A stretch of 64,000 nt of DNA from assembly GCF_006345805.1 (NCBI RefSeq), contig NC_043005.1:69378001-69442000 (forward strand), given 5' to 3'. Source of the DNA: Octopus sinensis. Taxonomy: Eukaryota. The stretch's first letter is position 1; each line of letters starts with the position of its first letter. Shown in pieces: positions 13,343 to 25,953 of the stretch. Made by a program: the position numbers and the translations under genes. The notes below the pieces were generated by a model. It saw only the letters and a list, made by a program, of their open reading frames with translations. It made no database searches and was not told the DNA's origin.

Positions 13343-13548
13343 TTCAAAATGTGACCACGTGTGTACCGTTGACGATTTTTTCCTCCGTCTTCCCGTCTTC
13401 GGATCTTTCCTTTTCCTATGTTTCTGACGAAGGGCTTCGCTAGAAACGTTAAACCCTCCTTCTTTCTAGAGCGTCCACTAATGCTATACTTGTTCCACGT
13501 CCTCGCCATTTCGTATTTTCTCTTTGTGTTTTCATGTTTGGATTAACT
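13343..13548 (+). mobile_element. Short pseudo-LTR-like element, family A copy 2
   Basis: Homologous to 1763-1958; preceded by (TA)n at 13261-13340. Confidence 0.78.
13420..13454 (+). ncRNA. Minimal type I hammerhead-like motif (family A, canonical core, broken stem II)
   Basis: GTTT-CTGACGA-A-GGGC(TTC)GCTA-GAAA-CGT-T-AAAC. Confidence 0.6.
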
Positions 13549-14283
13549 ATATACGTATGAAGGCATAAGCCTATTGCTGCAAGATTTGTAGATAAGATTG
13601 ATAAATTACATACTACAGATTATTATCAAACTCTACACCATTCTTTTGAAGAACAAACAGCAAAAATATGTATTCGTTATACAGGAATCTATTTACACTA
13701 AATCATGTTCGGTACGGCATCAAAATCTGTAGAACGCATGGACCACCAACTGTCATGTCTCCGACTGAAGTTTGAAGTTATTGCGTAACGTAGAATGTAG
13801 AAATTTGAGCTGAATGAAATGGATCTAATGCCAATTACTAATTCAACGTGACGGCCAAGAATAGCGCAATTACCAACCATATATTTTGTAAAAGTTTTAT
13901 TATACTAATTAGCTTTGACAAACTGAACTAATGTTATCATAAAGTATACGAGCTATTACTACATACATTGAAAAAATGAAAGTCATATACCTCACAAAAT
14001 TTCAACAATTCTATATATTTACAGAGTTAATTTGATATTTTGCATATTTGGCGAAACGCAATATGTTAAAATACCAATAAAATGAACTATATTCGCAGAA
14101 ATATAGATTGAAAGACATATATTTTACTTCTTAAGATACGTATATAAAAGCAAATGTGAGAAAGAAATCGCCCCGATGTACGCTTACATCATGATTATTT
14201 TCCTAATTAACTAAATGAACCAATAAAATAGAAATGTATTCTCCATAAATCTCCATGCATACAATTACCGGTCAGAGGGTGAA

Positions 14284-14330
<47 letters not shown>

Positions 14331-14852
14331 CAGATACTTGTGAACAACGTATAAATTGCAGAATACTTTAATATATCCTATGGTGAAAATGAATACTATG
14401 AACGTATATGTTGCTTTGTTTTTAATTTAAGTCGTTTGAGGTTTGGAAAATATAATAAGTATGTTAAGAATAAGTGTTGTTTTCTACAACTTCTCCACTC
14501 TTATTGCAGCCCCTATTTGTTTCAAGTACTTCTCAAAATGTTTAGTCACTGTTTCCAGGGCTCTGGCAATTATTGTTATTACAACCACCTTGTTCAGCGA
14601 CCACAACTGCTTAACATCCTAAGCTAACCTATTATATCTATGGACTTTATATATTGTTTCCTTATCGCATACCTACTTATTAACTGGGCATGCTATAGCT
14701 ATGGTCCAGCATCCTATGCTTTCTTTCTCAATTAAGACTATGTCTGGTTTCCTATTCTCTAACTCATCGCCGCACTGAATCACAACATAGGATCTTTGCA
14801 TTAACATTTTCGATGATGCCTTCGGGTTTATTTTCATACCAGCTTTTTGCCC

Positions 14853-15350
<498 letters not shown>

Positions 15351-16295
15351 ATTTTTAACAGTATGACGCTTGGGCATCAATATGTACTCCGCAAACGCGG
15401 TGCACTATAAATGTTTGAATTTACAAGCAATATGCATGGATGAGCTACAAATCAATGTAGGTGAGATTTCAAATCACAGCATTATATCGATGAGTGTATG
15501 TCTGAAAAATGGCAACCTAGATATTCCCCTATGCCATTTTTGGCTCCAAATGAGATACATGAAACTCCATAGGCTGTTGTTTGCAAGGCGGTTGTTATTG
15601 GCATTAATTTGTCACTCCACGCACACCTAACCCAGCGCGCTAATCTAAAACGAACACATTTTAGACATAGCGTATAATCGTTTCGACAGATCGAATACAC
15701 TAGAACAGCTACTATGAATAATGCTATATCGCTTGTAATGTGTCAGTTCTATTTATGCTAATGAAATTATTTAAAACGATATTCCTGTATCTTTATGCAA
15801 AATGTCCTTCACAAATAAATCTTCCTTCGAGAGTGGTAGAAAATTTAATATATCTCTTTCTTTTCTGAATGTGGAATGTCATTTCATTAGCTCAAGGAAA
15901 GAATCACAGCTATCCATGGAGACTTGTGGTGTGAGATATATAATCATTTTTCGGACTAAGGTAATACATTCATGTTTCTAGATTGAGTAATGCGTTTTTT
16001 CGGTAGAAACTTAAACTCAAATTCATGTATCATGTACTTGTATCAAAGCGGTTTTCGTGAAATGCTTTCCGCTGGAGAGAAGAGGATATTATATTATGAA
16101 AAGGTAAATACGATATAAACAGAAATATGTTTGTGATTCAAACGTCATTCTAATGTATAATCCTCGTTGTAGTCGTACCCAGTTGAGATTAGTGTTTGAA
16201 ATCCTCTATAACATTATGAGTAATGTCTCTCTCACTTTCTCTCCCCATTCTCTGTCTGTCTGTCTCTCTCACTCCGCCCTCTCTCTCTGTATATA

Positions 16296-16400
<105 letters not shown>

Positions 16401-16516
16401 ATATATATATGTGTGTATAACTATATATGAATCGAAAATGGAGATTTGCGATTGACACAACTTACTTTATGAACATAATATTATATTATTATTGGTTGTA
16501 TACTATCAACTGAACG

Positions 16517-16745
16517 TGACAGTCCCATAAGGGAATTACTTCACCGCTGTTTAGCCCTAGGAAGCATCGATGCTTCCTGTCGGCCTTGACACATTTCCTT
16601 TGTCCTTATATATTTACGAAGGGGAGACAAAAAACCACAACAGCTAAGCTTGCATCTAGAGACATGCATGTTTATGGGTCTTGCCCATCATCAGTCTAGC
16701 GTAGCAAGGGCCTACTAGCTGAAGATATTTGTCTAGACTTCGTAA
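16517..16745 (-). mobile_element. Short hammerhead-bearing repeat (family D)
   Basis: GC-richer segment containing the hammerhead at 16656-16699 and a perfect 20-bp palindrome; boundaries approximate, single copy in the window. Confidence 0.5.
16656..16699 (-). ncRNA. Type I hammerhead ribozyme, one core substitution (G12U)
   Basis: CTAGA-CTGATGA-TGGG(CAAGA)CCCA-TAAA-CATGCATGT-C-TCTAG: 5-bp stem I, 4-bp stem II, palindromic stem III ACATGCATGT, GUC triplet; only GAAA is changed, to TAAA. Confidence 0.8.
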
Positions 16746-17333
16746 ATATATATATATTTTCAGTGAAGTTTATTCACTTATCACCAAAATCAGAAATATT
16801 AAATTTCTAAATATCTTTTATAGAATACCTCACACATGGCTCTAATTGCACGCAGTTACGGAATTATGTTACAGAATATATCTACAACCTAATCAGTATA
16901 CAGTGATTTTATTGATGAAAAATAAACAAAATGATAGAGAAAATGCCACAAATTAATTCAAAGTATATGATCAGGATATAATATTTTGATATTCCAACAT
17001 AACCTGTGTGATGCTTTTCCTATATTTCGGGAAAAATTAAACTTTAATTAATTATAAGATAAACATAATCAGTATTTGGAGAATAAAATTGTTATAGTCA
17101 GCTTAGAAAAGTTTCACTAAATACTCACCTGAACAGTTTCATTAAGAATATTCTTCGACCTTTGATAATTTACGAACACCTGGGTTTGTATTCAGGGATT
17201 ATGCCAAAAACCGAGCCCACCCATGAATGAACATACGGTGAAATATTGAAAGCTGTGCACTATTAAATGCGCACTATAGTCTAAGGCTGAACAGAGTAGA
17301 CAAAGAGCATGATGTAGTCACTTATTTATTGTA

Positions 17334-17945
17334 CTAGCATTATGACACGTCGTTGCCGGGTAAGTGCTAGTGCATGTATATATGTGTATATATATGTGTA
17401 CATATTACATGTACATCTATATATATACATCTACACATAAAATACAAAATACAAAGTTATATCTTGATATCGCTAGTGATAACAATACTCAAATTATATA
17501 ACAGACTCGAATTGTTAGCCCGTCTCTTGTAATTTCGATCAATTGTATCTTGTCCTCCCTCTTGTATAGAAGTGGGGCTACAATCCAGCCTACCTCTACT
17601 TCTGGGGGGACATTTTAAATTTTTAACCTGGACGTCCTACGTCCCAGATATAAAGGCAAAAATAAAATATTTCCACTTTGCAAGGTTCGAGTCGAGTACC
17701 CCCTTGCACGCTCCGTCGACTCGAACCTTGCTTCTATTGTGGCGAATTTACCGCCTCTGATCAAATACCTTACATAGTCACACGAAGGCACTTTTCGAAG
17801 GTGCTTTCCTCCATGTGTTTAAATTGACACTAACTTTGCTTCTATTGTGGCGAATTTATCGCCTCTGGTTAGATATCTTTCATAGTCGCACCAAGACACT
17901 TTTCGATGGTGTTCTAATCTTTTTTTTCTACATTCTATACTTTAT
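17334..17945 (-). mobile_element. Non-autonomous Helitron, 3' portion (copy 1)
   Basis: Minus-strand 3' end CCCGGCAACGACGTG...CTAG followed by T; about 600 bp homologous to 38162-38690; internal repeat of about 108 bp (units start at 17728 and 17836). Confidence 0.75.
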
Positions 17946-18699
17946 AGACAATACTCTTTTCTTTAATTTAATTTTTTTATTTCGTTTGGTGGTGTTATCC
18001 TAGATTCACCGTCTTTGTCGGTGATCATCGGAAATAGGATTGTATTTCTTCCATCTTAATTTTAATGAGTTCGCGCCCGCCGACGGCTGCAGCGAAATTC
18101 ATTTTTGGACTTTCTTCTATCGAAGGCGTTCTAACAAAAATGCTTCCGTGTAAGTATTACATGGTTCCAGGTTAAGGCTCAGTGCGTGCTACTTTCATCT
18201 ATTGTGTGCCTCCAGAAACCCCTAGCGGAACAGTACTTTATGAGTAAAATATGTGTGTGTGTGTGTGTGTGTCAGTGTGAGTGATATAATTGTGATTAGA
18301 GGGGATCCCTTAAGTATTGGAGAGAAGCGCCCCACAAATTGGCTAGAAAGAATGACAAAACATGGAGTTAAGTAATCCAATCGTAGCACGGAATGGATCA
18401 CCAAAGGAGAGTCACTGTTGTCAGGTAATTCAGAATTCCAATTGCATCCAAATATATCGAAAATTATTCTATGATAAATGGCGTATTAGTTTAATAAAGG
18501 TAGATGAATGAGCAACTTTCATTAGATTAATGTGACATAAGCATAATACATTTCGTTAGATTGCATAAAATGCTACATAATTCTCAATTCCAGTTGCGTT
18601 ATGTCGCAATAAAGAATCTTAATGAAACAGTTGTAACAAAACCTGGTAACACCTTTATTTTACGTATATCGTGAACGTATACCTGCATTTATCTATCAA

Positions 18700-18704
18700 T
18701 CTAA

Positions 18705-18774
<70 letters not shown>

Positions 18775-18782
18775 GTCTGTCT
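18700..18782. repeat. (CTAT)n microsatellite
   Basis: Directly visible. Confidence 0.95.
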
Positions 18783-18972
18783 GTCCGTTTCTCACTTTGT
18801 GTCTATATACACATACACAGGTGTAAAGGCACGCACGCGCACACATCCACACAGACATGTGTATGCATGTTATTCAGTTTTATTTCCATTTTTTTGTCAA
18901 TAGAGAAAGAACCGAATTCTAACCTAGATCCAAGGCTCCTTCATTGGAACTTCAATATCAACAATATATATA

Positions 18973-19958
18973 TACAACTAAAGATAAGTGTGTCTGAGAG
19001 ACACCACCATGTCGAAATAGCAGTCAAAGCCCTGACTCTGAAAACCACGTTAAATGTTCATATCGCACCATGAGATAAGACAGAGGGACAAAATAAACTA
19101 CCAAAAAATATTACTGAATAATTCAAGATCTTGGATTTCTAGCTTTGCTTTAAATAAGCTTTGCCGTCATCGGTTGAATATATCAAAGGACATAAATACA
19201 AATATATATATATGCAGAACAAACGTTATACTTACATATACGAACGTCCATACATACATATATATGCACGTATGCACAAGGCTTGTTCAAATTGACCGCC
19301 AAACACCTCATAAGCACGATTTGGTCAAAATAAACACCGCAGTGAATATAATGACGAATTATATAAATTTATAAATATATAAGGATAATATCGATATTTA
19401 AGTATCGACATTATCAAGTGGCCAGCATGGGAAAAAAATACCATACAAAGGTAATACTTTTTTACTTATTTATAAATTTATAAATTCGTCACTATATTCA
19501 CTGCGGTGTTTAATTTGACCATATCGTGCTTATGAGGTGTTTGGTGGGCAATTTAAACAAGCCTTGTACATACGTGCATATATATGTATGTATGGACGTT
19601 CGTATATGTAAGTATAACGTTTGTTCTGCATATATATATATTTGTATTTATGTGCTTTGATATATTCAACCGATGACGGCAAAGCTTATTTAAAGCAAAG
19701 CTAGAAATCCAAGATCTTGAATTATTCAGTAATATTTTTTGCTAGTTTATTTTGTCCCTCTGTCTTATCTCATGGTGCGATATGAACATTTAACGTGGTT
19801 TTTAGAGTCAGGGATTTGACTGCTATTTCGGCATGGTGGTACCTCTCAGACACCCTTATTTTTAGTTGTAAAAAATTATTACCTTTGTATGGTATTTTTC
19901 CCATGCTGGCCACTTGATAATATCGATATGTAAATATCGATATTATCCTTATTTATAA

Positions 19959-19965
<7 letters not shown>
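18973..19965. repeat. Inverted duplication 1: a-M-b / M'-a'-b'-M'
   Basis: 18973-19377 is the reverse complement of 19465-19870 (about 95% identical by eye); 19381-19464 is the reverse complement of 19869-19950. Confidence 0.95.
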
Positions 19966-20030
<65 letters not shown>

Positions 20031-20039
20031 GTATATGTA

Positions 20040-21130
20040 CGTGCAGATTTGCATGTTTTGTTTTATGTATGTCTCCTCATACATATACTTGCATATCTAG
20101 ACATGCACATATATACCTAAGTGATAAACCTCTGGAAAGTTTTACAGATTTTTACAATTCCAGTGATTGATTGGTTCTGTAGACGTGGCATCAGCCTTCT
20201 GCTTTCTGATTTATACAAGCCTAATTTCTCAAGATTGATATTTAGGCGGTTTGTTACAGATACCATTGGGGCAATAACTAGTGGCATAAACCGGAACTTG
20301 AAATCTGGATAGAGCAACTGCAGATTTATCAATAAGCCAGTGGATGTATTCTCGTTTTCACTGATCTCCAGCTATATGTTAACATCGGCTAGGCAGAGGA
20401 TTTCCACAACTGCATGCAGTTTCTGTTCTCTGTCCCAAATCATTATATCAGCGCTATTATATTTACATTTTAATGATGCTTTCAGTGCGATATTCCACCA
20501 GTAATCTTTATTTTGAATCGCTATGGATTCCACCATACTGTGGTTTCGTATTTCTTTGTCTCGTTATATTGTGTTCTAGCTACATCATTTCTCATTGGTA
20601 GATAATACCGTGATGACAATTGTGGACAAGTCCTTACGATGTGGGTGATATCTTCGGTGTTAACTCCACGAAGACTGCATCGGTTGTCACCTTTTACTGC
20701 TATTCCTGAATATTTGGTTGATATTTCCTGAGGTATGATTGACAATGATACCTTCAAAGCGTGAGATACTTATCCGGTTCATGGACCCTGATAGACTGCT
20801 TTGGTCATCATCGTTACTATCATCTTTGAACTATCTATTCACATGTCCTTGTATGGTCTTCTGCACATATACGCACATTCTTACATCTGATGATAAGTTG
20901 CGGTATCGTCGTGCGACTTCTTTGGGCATGTCATTAACGTTATCGGACAAGGAATGCTGCTCAAGGAGCTATCTTCCAAAATTCATGATGTTATCACTCT
21001 CATGTATGCACAATTTCTCAAGGGTTACACATCGATACGTGGTAGTTAGATGTTGACGAAGGGATATGATACGATATTTAAAGGCATTTTCGATCGATGT
21101 TAAACTCCCGCAGCGTTGCTTTCGTTTTCG
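20040..21130 (-). mobile_element. 5'-truncated R4-clade (RLE) LINE, decayed
   Basis: RKRKQRCGSLTSIENAFKYRIISLRQHL...QEISTKY...NRCSLRGVNTEDITHIVRTCPQLSSRYYLPMR (CCHC knuckle remnant)...NSADIMIWDREQKLHAVVEILCLADVN (PD-(D/E)xK remnant)...SITGIVKICKTF; the 3' end abuts (TA)n. Confidence 0.88.
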
Positions 21131-22682
21131 ACTCGCAATGTTTTCAATGCTTTAAACGTTGCTCAGTATACGAACAGATTAATATTTATTTATATAACTA
21201 AATATCTTCTACTACATGAATCTATTATCAATAATTTATTTATGTCATGGCGGTTTGCTGGTTGAATCGTTAGTACAGAGGGAAAAATACTTAGCGGCTT
21301 CTTGTCCGTTTTTATGTTCGGAGTTCAAATTCTGACGAGGTTGACTTAAGCCTTTCATCCTTTTGGGGTCGCTAAAATAAAGCACCAGTTGAATACTGTA
21401 AGCTATGCAATAGGATTAACCCCTCCTCGTAAATGGCTGGCCCTGTAACAAGGTTTGAAAGCAATAGTAAATTTGTCTGTATCAGAAGTAAATAATGTTT
21501 CATATTTGTAGTGTTCGCACAATTATATCGCCTTCATTTTGTCAAAAACATGTTCATTTATTTATGTTGCAACCATGTTGGAAGCTGATAAAAATATTTC
21601 TTGAATGTATTCGTAAGAGTTATGTGGAAAATATTAATGTTTTAAACGCTTAAGATATTTGAAACTCTTTCTAAAGATCTATATAAATTATATATCAGTT
21701 GTTTTCGTCGTCGTCATCATTATCATCATCATCATCATTAACATCATCATCCTTATCATCATCATCATCATCATCATCATTTGTAGTAGTAGTAGACGTC
21801 ACTTAGGGAAATTAAAGTGTGCTTGTTAGTAAATTCCAGATTCTTAGATCAATTGCTCGGATCCCATCAGGCGTCCAATCCAGAAGCCCAAACGTTGGGA
21901 TGAGTACTGGAATTGAAAATGCATTATGGTCCACTATTTTATTCAATGCTGAGAGCTCCGATGTCTAAACATTTCTGTCTGTCTGTCTGTCTGTATGTAT
22001 ATATGTCCATTCCAGCGCTGCGAGTATTCGAAGTTTCACAAATAACTGATTCCCTTCATGTCATTTTGTTACCTGTAAAAGTGATATTTAGTATTCCGTT
22101 TTACTTTTTAATAATACTTTAATAATAATGATTCCTTTAGTCTACTGTAAAACATTTCATGCTATATATTGATATACCTATTTATATGCGTGAGGTGTTA
22201 AATATTGCTCTTACCGCCTATATATTAACATATATTGCACCATATCTTTTCACAAGTATTTGCGCATTTGAAGCATAACTGAAGTAAATCGTGTCAATAT
22301 ACCAACTTATGCGTCAGTAATCGAAAACTTATTTTCAAAGACACTCAGCTTGAATGAATATATTCATTATGTTGGCTAGTGGCCAGCGCTGTGTTTCGCC
22401 GGCTTGCTGTTTTAGAAATCAAAATATATATAAATTTTCAACTCGTAAAGTGTCATTGACTCTTTGGCACAATTGATTCGATAGCTCTTTATTTTTGTGT
22501 GCATGTTGACGAGACAGCAATGATTAATGTTCTATACTGGTGATTAAACAACAAAAAGGTATTCTTTGTATCTGATGTCATCCTACGTTTCTATTTGCTA
22601 CAATGAAAAACTGCGTAAGTAATGTTAAACGTTATAAGTATAACGAACTAATTATTTAGTTGCTGTATAGCAAGAGCTGTCA

Positions 22683-22738
<56 letters not shown>

Positions 22739-23294
22739 ATGATGATGATGATGATGACAACGACGAAGAGGACTTTGATATATAATTAGAAAGAGTTTTA
22801 AATGTCTTAAGCGTTTCAAACATTAATATTTTCCACTAACATGGTTGCAACATAAATAAATGAACATGTTTTTGACAAAATGAAGGCGATATAATTGTGC
22901 GAACACTACAAATATGAAACATTATTTATTTCTGATACAGAGAAATTTACTATTGCTTTCAAACCTTGTTACAGGGTCAGCCCCTTCCGAGGAGGGGGTC
23001 AATCCTATTGCATAGCCCACAGTATTCAACTGGTGCTTTATTTTAGCGACCCGAAAGAACGGAATGCTTAAGTCAACCTCGTCAGAATTTTAATTCCGAA
23101 CACAGAAACGGACAAGAAACCGCTAAGTATTTTTCCCTCTGTACTAACGATTCAGCTAGCAAACCGCCATGACAGATATAACTTATTCATTACATTATTC
23201 AGATTCATGTATTAGAAGATATTTAGTTATATAAAGAAACATTAATCGGTTCGTATACTGAGTAACGTTTAAAGCATTGAAAACCTTCTGAGTC
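21130..23294. repeat. Inverted duplication 2: arms 21130-21795 and 22683-23294, spacer about 890 bp
   Basis: The arms are reverse complements (about 90-93% by eye). They include unique flanks, a family C SINE (21250-21460 / 22960-23170) with shared private variants, and (CAT)n-(TAG)n. Confidence 0.95.
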
Positions 23295-23759
23295 TAAGTA
23301 TATAATGTATTGCAGTGATAAAAATGATCTATGGACAGCGAACTGATTTGCTTAACAGCATCCATTTATTCTTGAAACAACTAAAATACAAAACAGTATT
23401 GTGGTATTTTATATATGTGAGAAACACGAAGTGTAGCTTCAGTATGCTGTTTCTTACGTGATTATTCTCTCTGACATTTCAATGATTTTGTCCTTGTTCC
23501 GATACCCCTACTAGATATTTTTCGAATTATCTAAGAAGAGTAAGGGAGGAAATTCTACACGTTTAGCTTTCGTATATGACAGGAATTATTTCCATTAAGT
23601 TTCCACTCGATCGTCTATAAAGTGAATAACTTCTTTCTTCATTAAAAAAAAGCCAAGAATACGAAATGAAGCACATGGTTTAATTCGGCTGCATTAAAGT
23701 TTGACAGATAATTGTGTTGGTATCTAAGAATGTATAGAATGTCTATGTTGCATTACACG

Positions 23760-24392
23760 GTCTGAATCGCATATTCACGCACCCAAACTCTTCGAGGAGT
23801 GTTGCTATCGATGTTTCCTGATATCATCATCTTTACCAAACAGCACATTTTTAGTCCTGATAAGTGCATAACTATCAAATAAATTCGAACTATGAAGAAA
23901 GGAAGGGTATTATGTAGGTAGCGTATCGAATATATATCAGCGAGAGAACTGTTGTTAAGTTCTCCAAGGAAAACAATCCGATGTGATCCTCTAGTTGACC
24001 TTTTAAGCAACGTATGCATTACAAAACAGCTGCAACAAAAAGTGTGAATAATGATTATTACAACCATGTTGATGAATTTATGTGTACTGTGGAAAAATTT
24101 CTGTGATAAAGCGTTTAGACTGAGTAGACACTGGTCTAGTTTATTAGATTTCTCTATATTGTGAGTAGCTGCTTTACACATTTTGCAGTTGACATGTCTG
24201 GAAGGTATTTTGCCTGGTTATGAATATTGCGAAAATATACTCCTATCAAAATTGTCAAATATTGGAATCCGTAATAAACCCCTCCACTGGCAGAAGCATA
24301 TTCTGATGAGCAAAATACATGTTGCAAACAGTGTAATCCTCTCAACTCCAGCATACATTACCAGCGGGGTACACCGGGGACTGTTTTGGCTC
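23760..24392 (+). pseudogene. Decayed CR1/Jockey-type LINE reverse transcriptase fragment
   Basis: LLSKLSNIGIRNKPLHWQKHILMSKIHVANSVILSTPAYITSGVHRG resembles RT KLxxxGIxG...VxSGVPQG; the 5' boundary is approximate. Confidence 0.65.
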
Positions 24393-24394
24393 AG

Positions 24395-24448
<54 letters not shown>

Positions 24449-24504
24449 GTATGTACCTATATATATGTTATTATATGCGTGTATATATGTGTATATATAT
24501 ATAC

Positions 24505-24542
<38 letters not shown>

Positions 24543-24730
24543 AAATTGGTATATACATATGTATATATATATAACAAACGAGAAAGATGGAAAGATATAT
24601 TCTTAATATTTATTTACCATTACACATGTTCCCCCAATGATTAATATGAATTAGAACATTATGTTAGAATTGTAAGGAAAGAGGTGAGATTCACCCTGTC
24701 TCCATTATGCAAACGTACACACACACACGC

Positions 24731-24777
<47 letters not shown>

Positions 24778-24779
24778 AT

Positions 24780-24834
24780 GACTTATGTTTTTTATTGTTT
24801 GATTTGCCTAATAGTGGTTTTATCTCTAATTTAG

Positions 24835-24838
<4 letters not shown>
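24780..24838 (+). mobile_element. Truncated 3' end of family E element between (TA)n tracts
   Basis: TTGTTTGATTTGCCTAATAGTGGTTTTATCTCTAAT versus TTGTTTGTTTTGCAAAATAGTAGTTTTGTCTCTAAT at about 56657-56692. Confidence 0.55.
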
Positions 24839-24886
<48 letters not shown>

Positions 24887-25261
24887 CTTCAGTAAAATGA
24901 AATAATTAGACGCTATTACTTTTTAATTTCCCGTTGTCTAAACGAAATTAATATTAACATAAACCTTTTTATTAATGTGATTCTTCTAGTAAATCGGGAA
25001 TATAATTTCTAAGTTTCTTAATATAAATTAGTAACTATTCGCTTCCTCACATTTCGCAAAATATCCCTTGCCTAATAAATATATGTCTATAAATTTTGAA
25101 TATCCCATTTGTATTTCTTCATTAGAAACAGTCAAAATATATTATTTCGACATGAAAGTTTTCAAACGTAGTCGTTTCTAACATGTTGAAAATGTTTTTA
25201 CTGATATTAACTTTACCGCAGTTTCTTTAGTATTTTGGGAAAGATACTGCGCAATTTTAAT

Positions 25262-25277
25262 GTATATATATATATGT

Positions 25278-25325
<48 letters not shown>

Positions 25326-25369
25326 TACATATATATATATACATATATATATTATATATATATATATTA

Positions 25370-25458
<89 letters not shown>

Positions 25459-25921
25459 CATACATATATGTATATATATACACAGATACAGATATATGTT
25501 TAGTTCTTTTGTGAACGTGAAAGAGCATTTCTCATTTGCGAAGTTGCCATTAGGTTACCTTGACATGCATTAACGTTGAATGTAATCTGTGATTGTGAAA
25601 ACACATTTGCAGCATATCACAGGCCATTAAAATATTTAATTTATGATTTTATCCCTCTTAATGTATTTCTGGGGAGATATTTACACGATCTGATATTTCA
25701 TTTTTGTTGTATGTGCATTTGATGCAGATAAGTTGAAACAAAAGACGTTTTCTCATTTCTTACAGTAATTCCATTGCCCATTTAACTTGATATGTTACAT
25801 TACATACACACATACACACACACATACACACACACACACAGACACACACACACATATATATATATGTACATATATATATGTATATATTGATATATATGTA
25901 CATATATATATATATACATAC

Positions 25922-25953
<32 letters not shown>

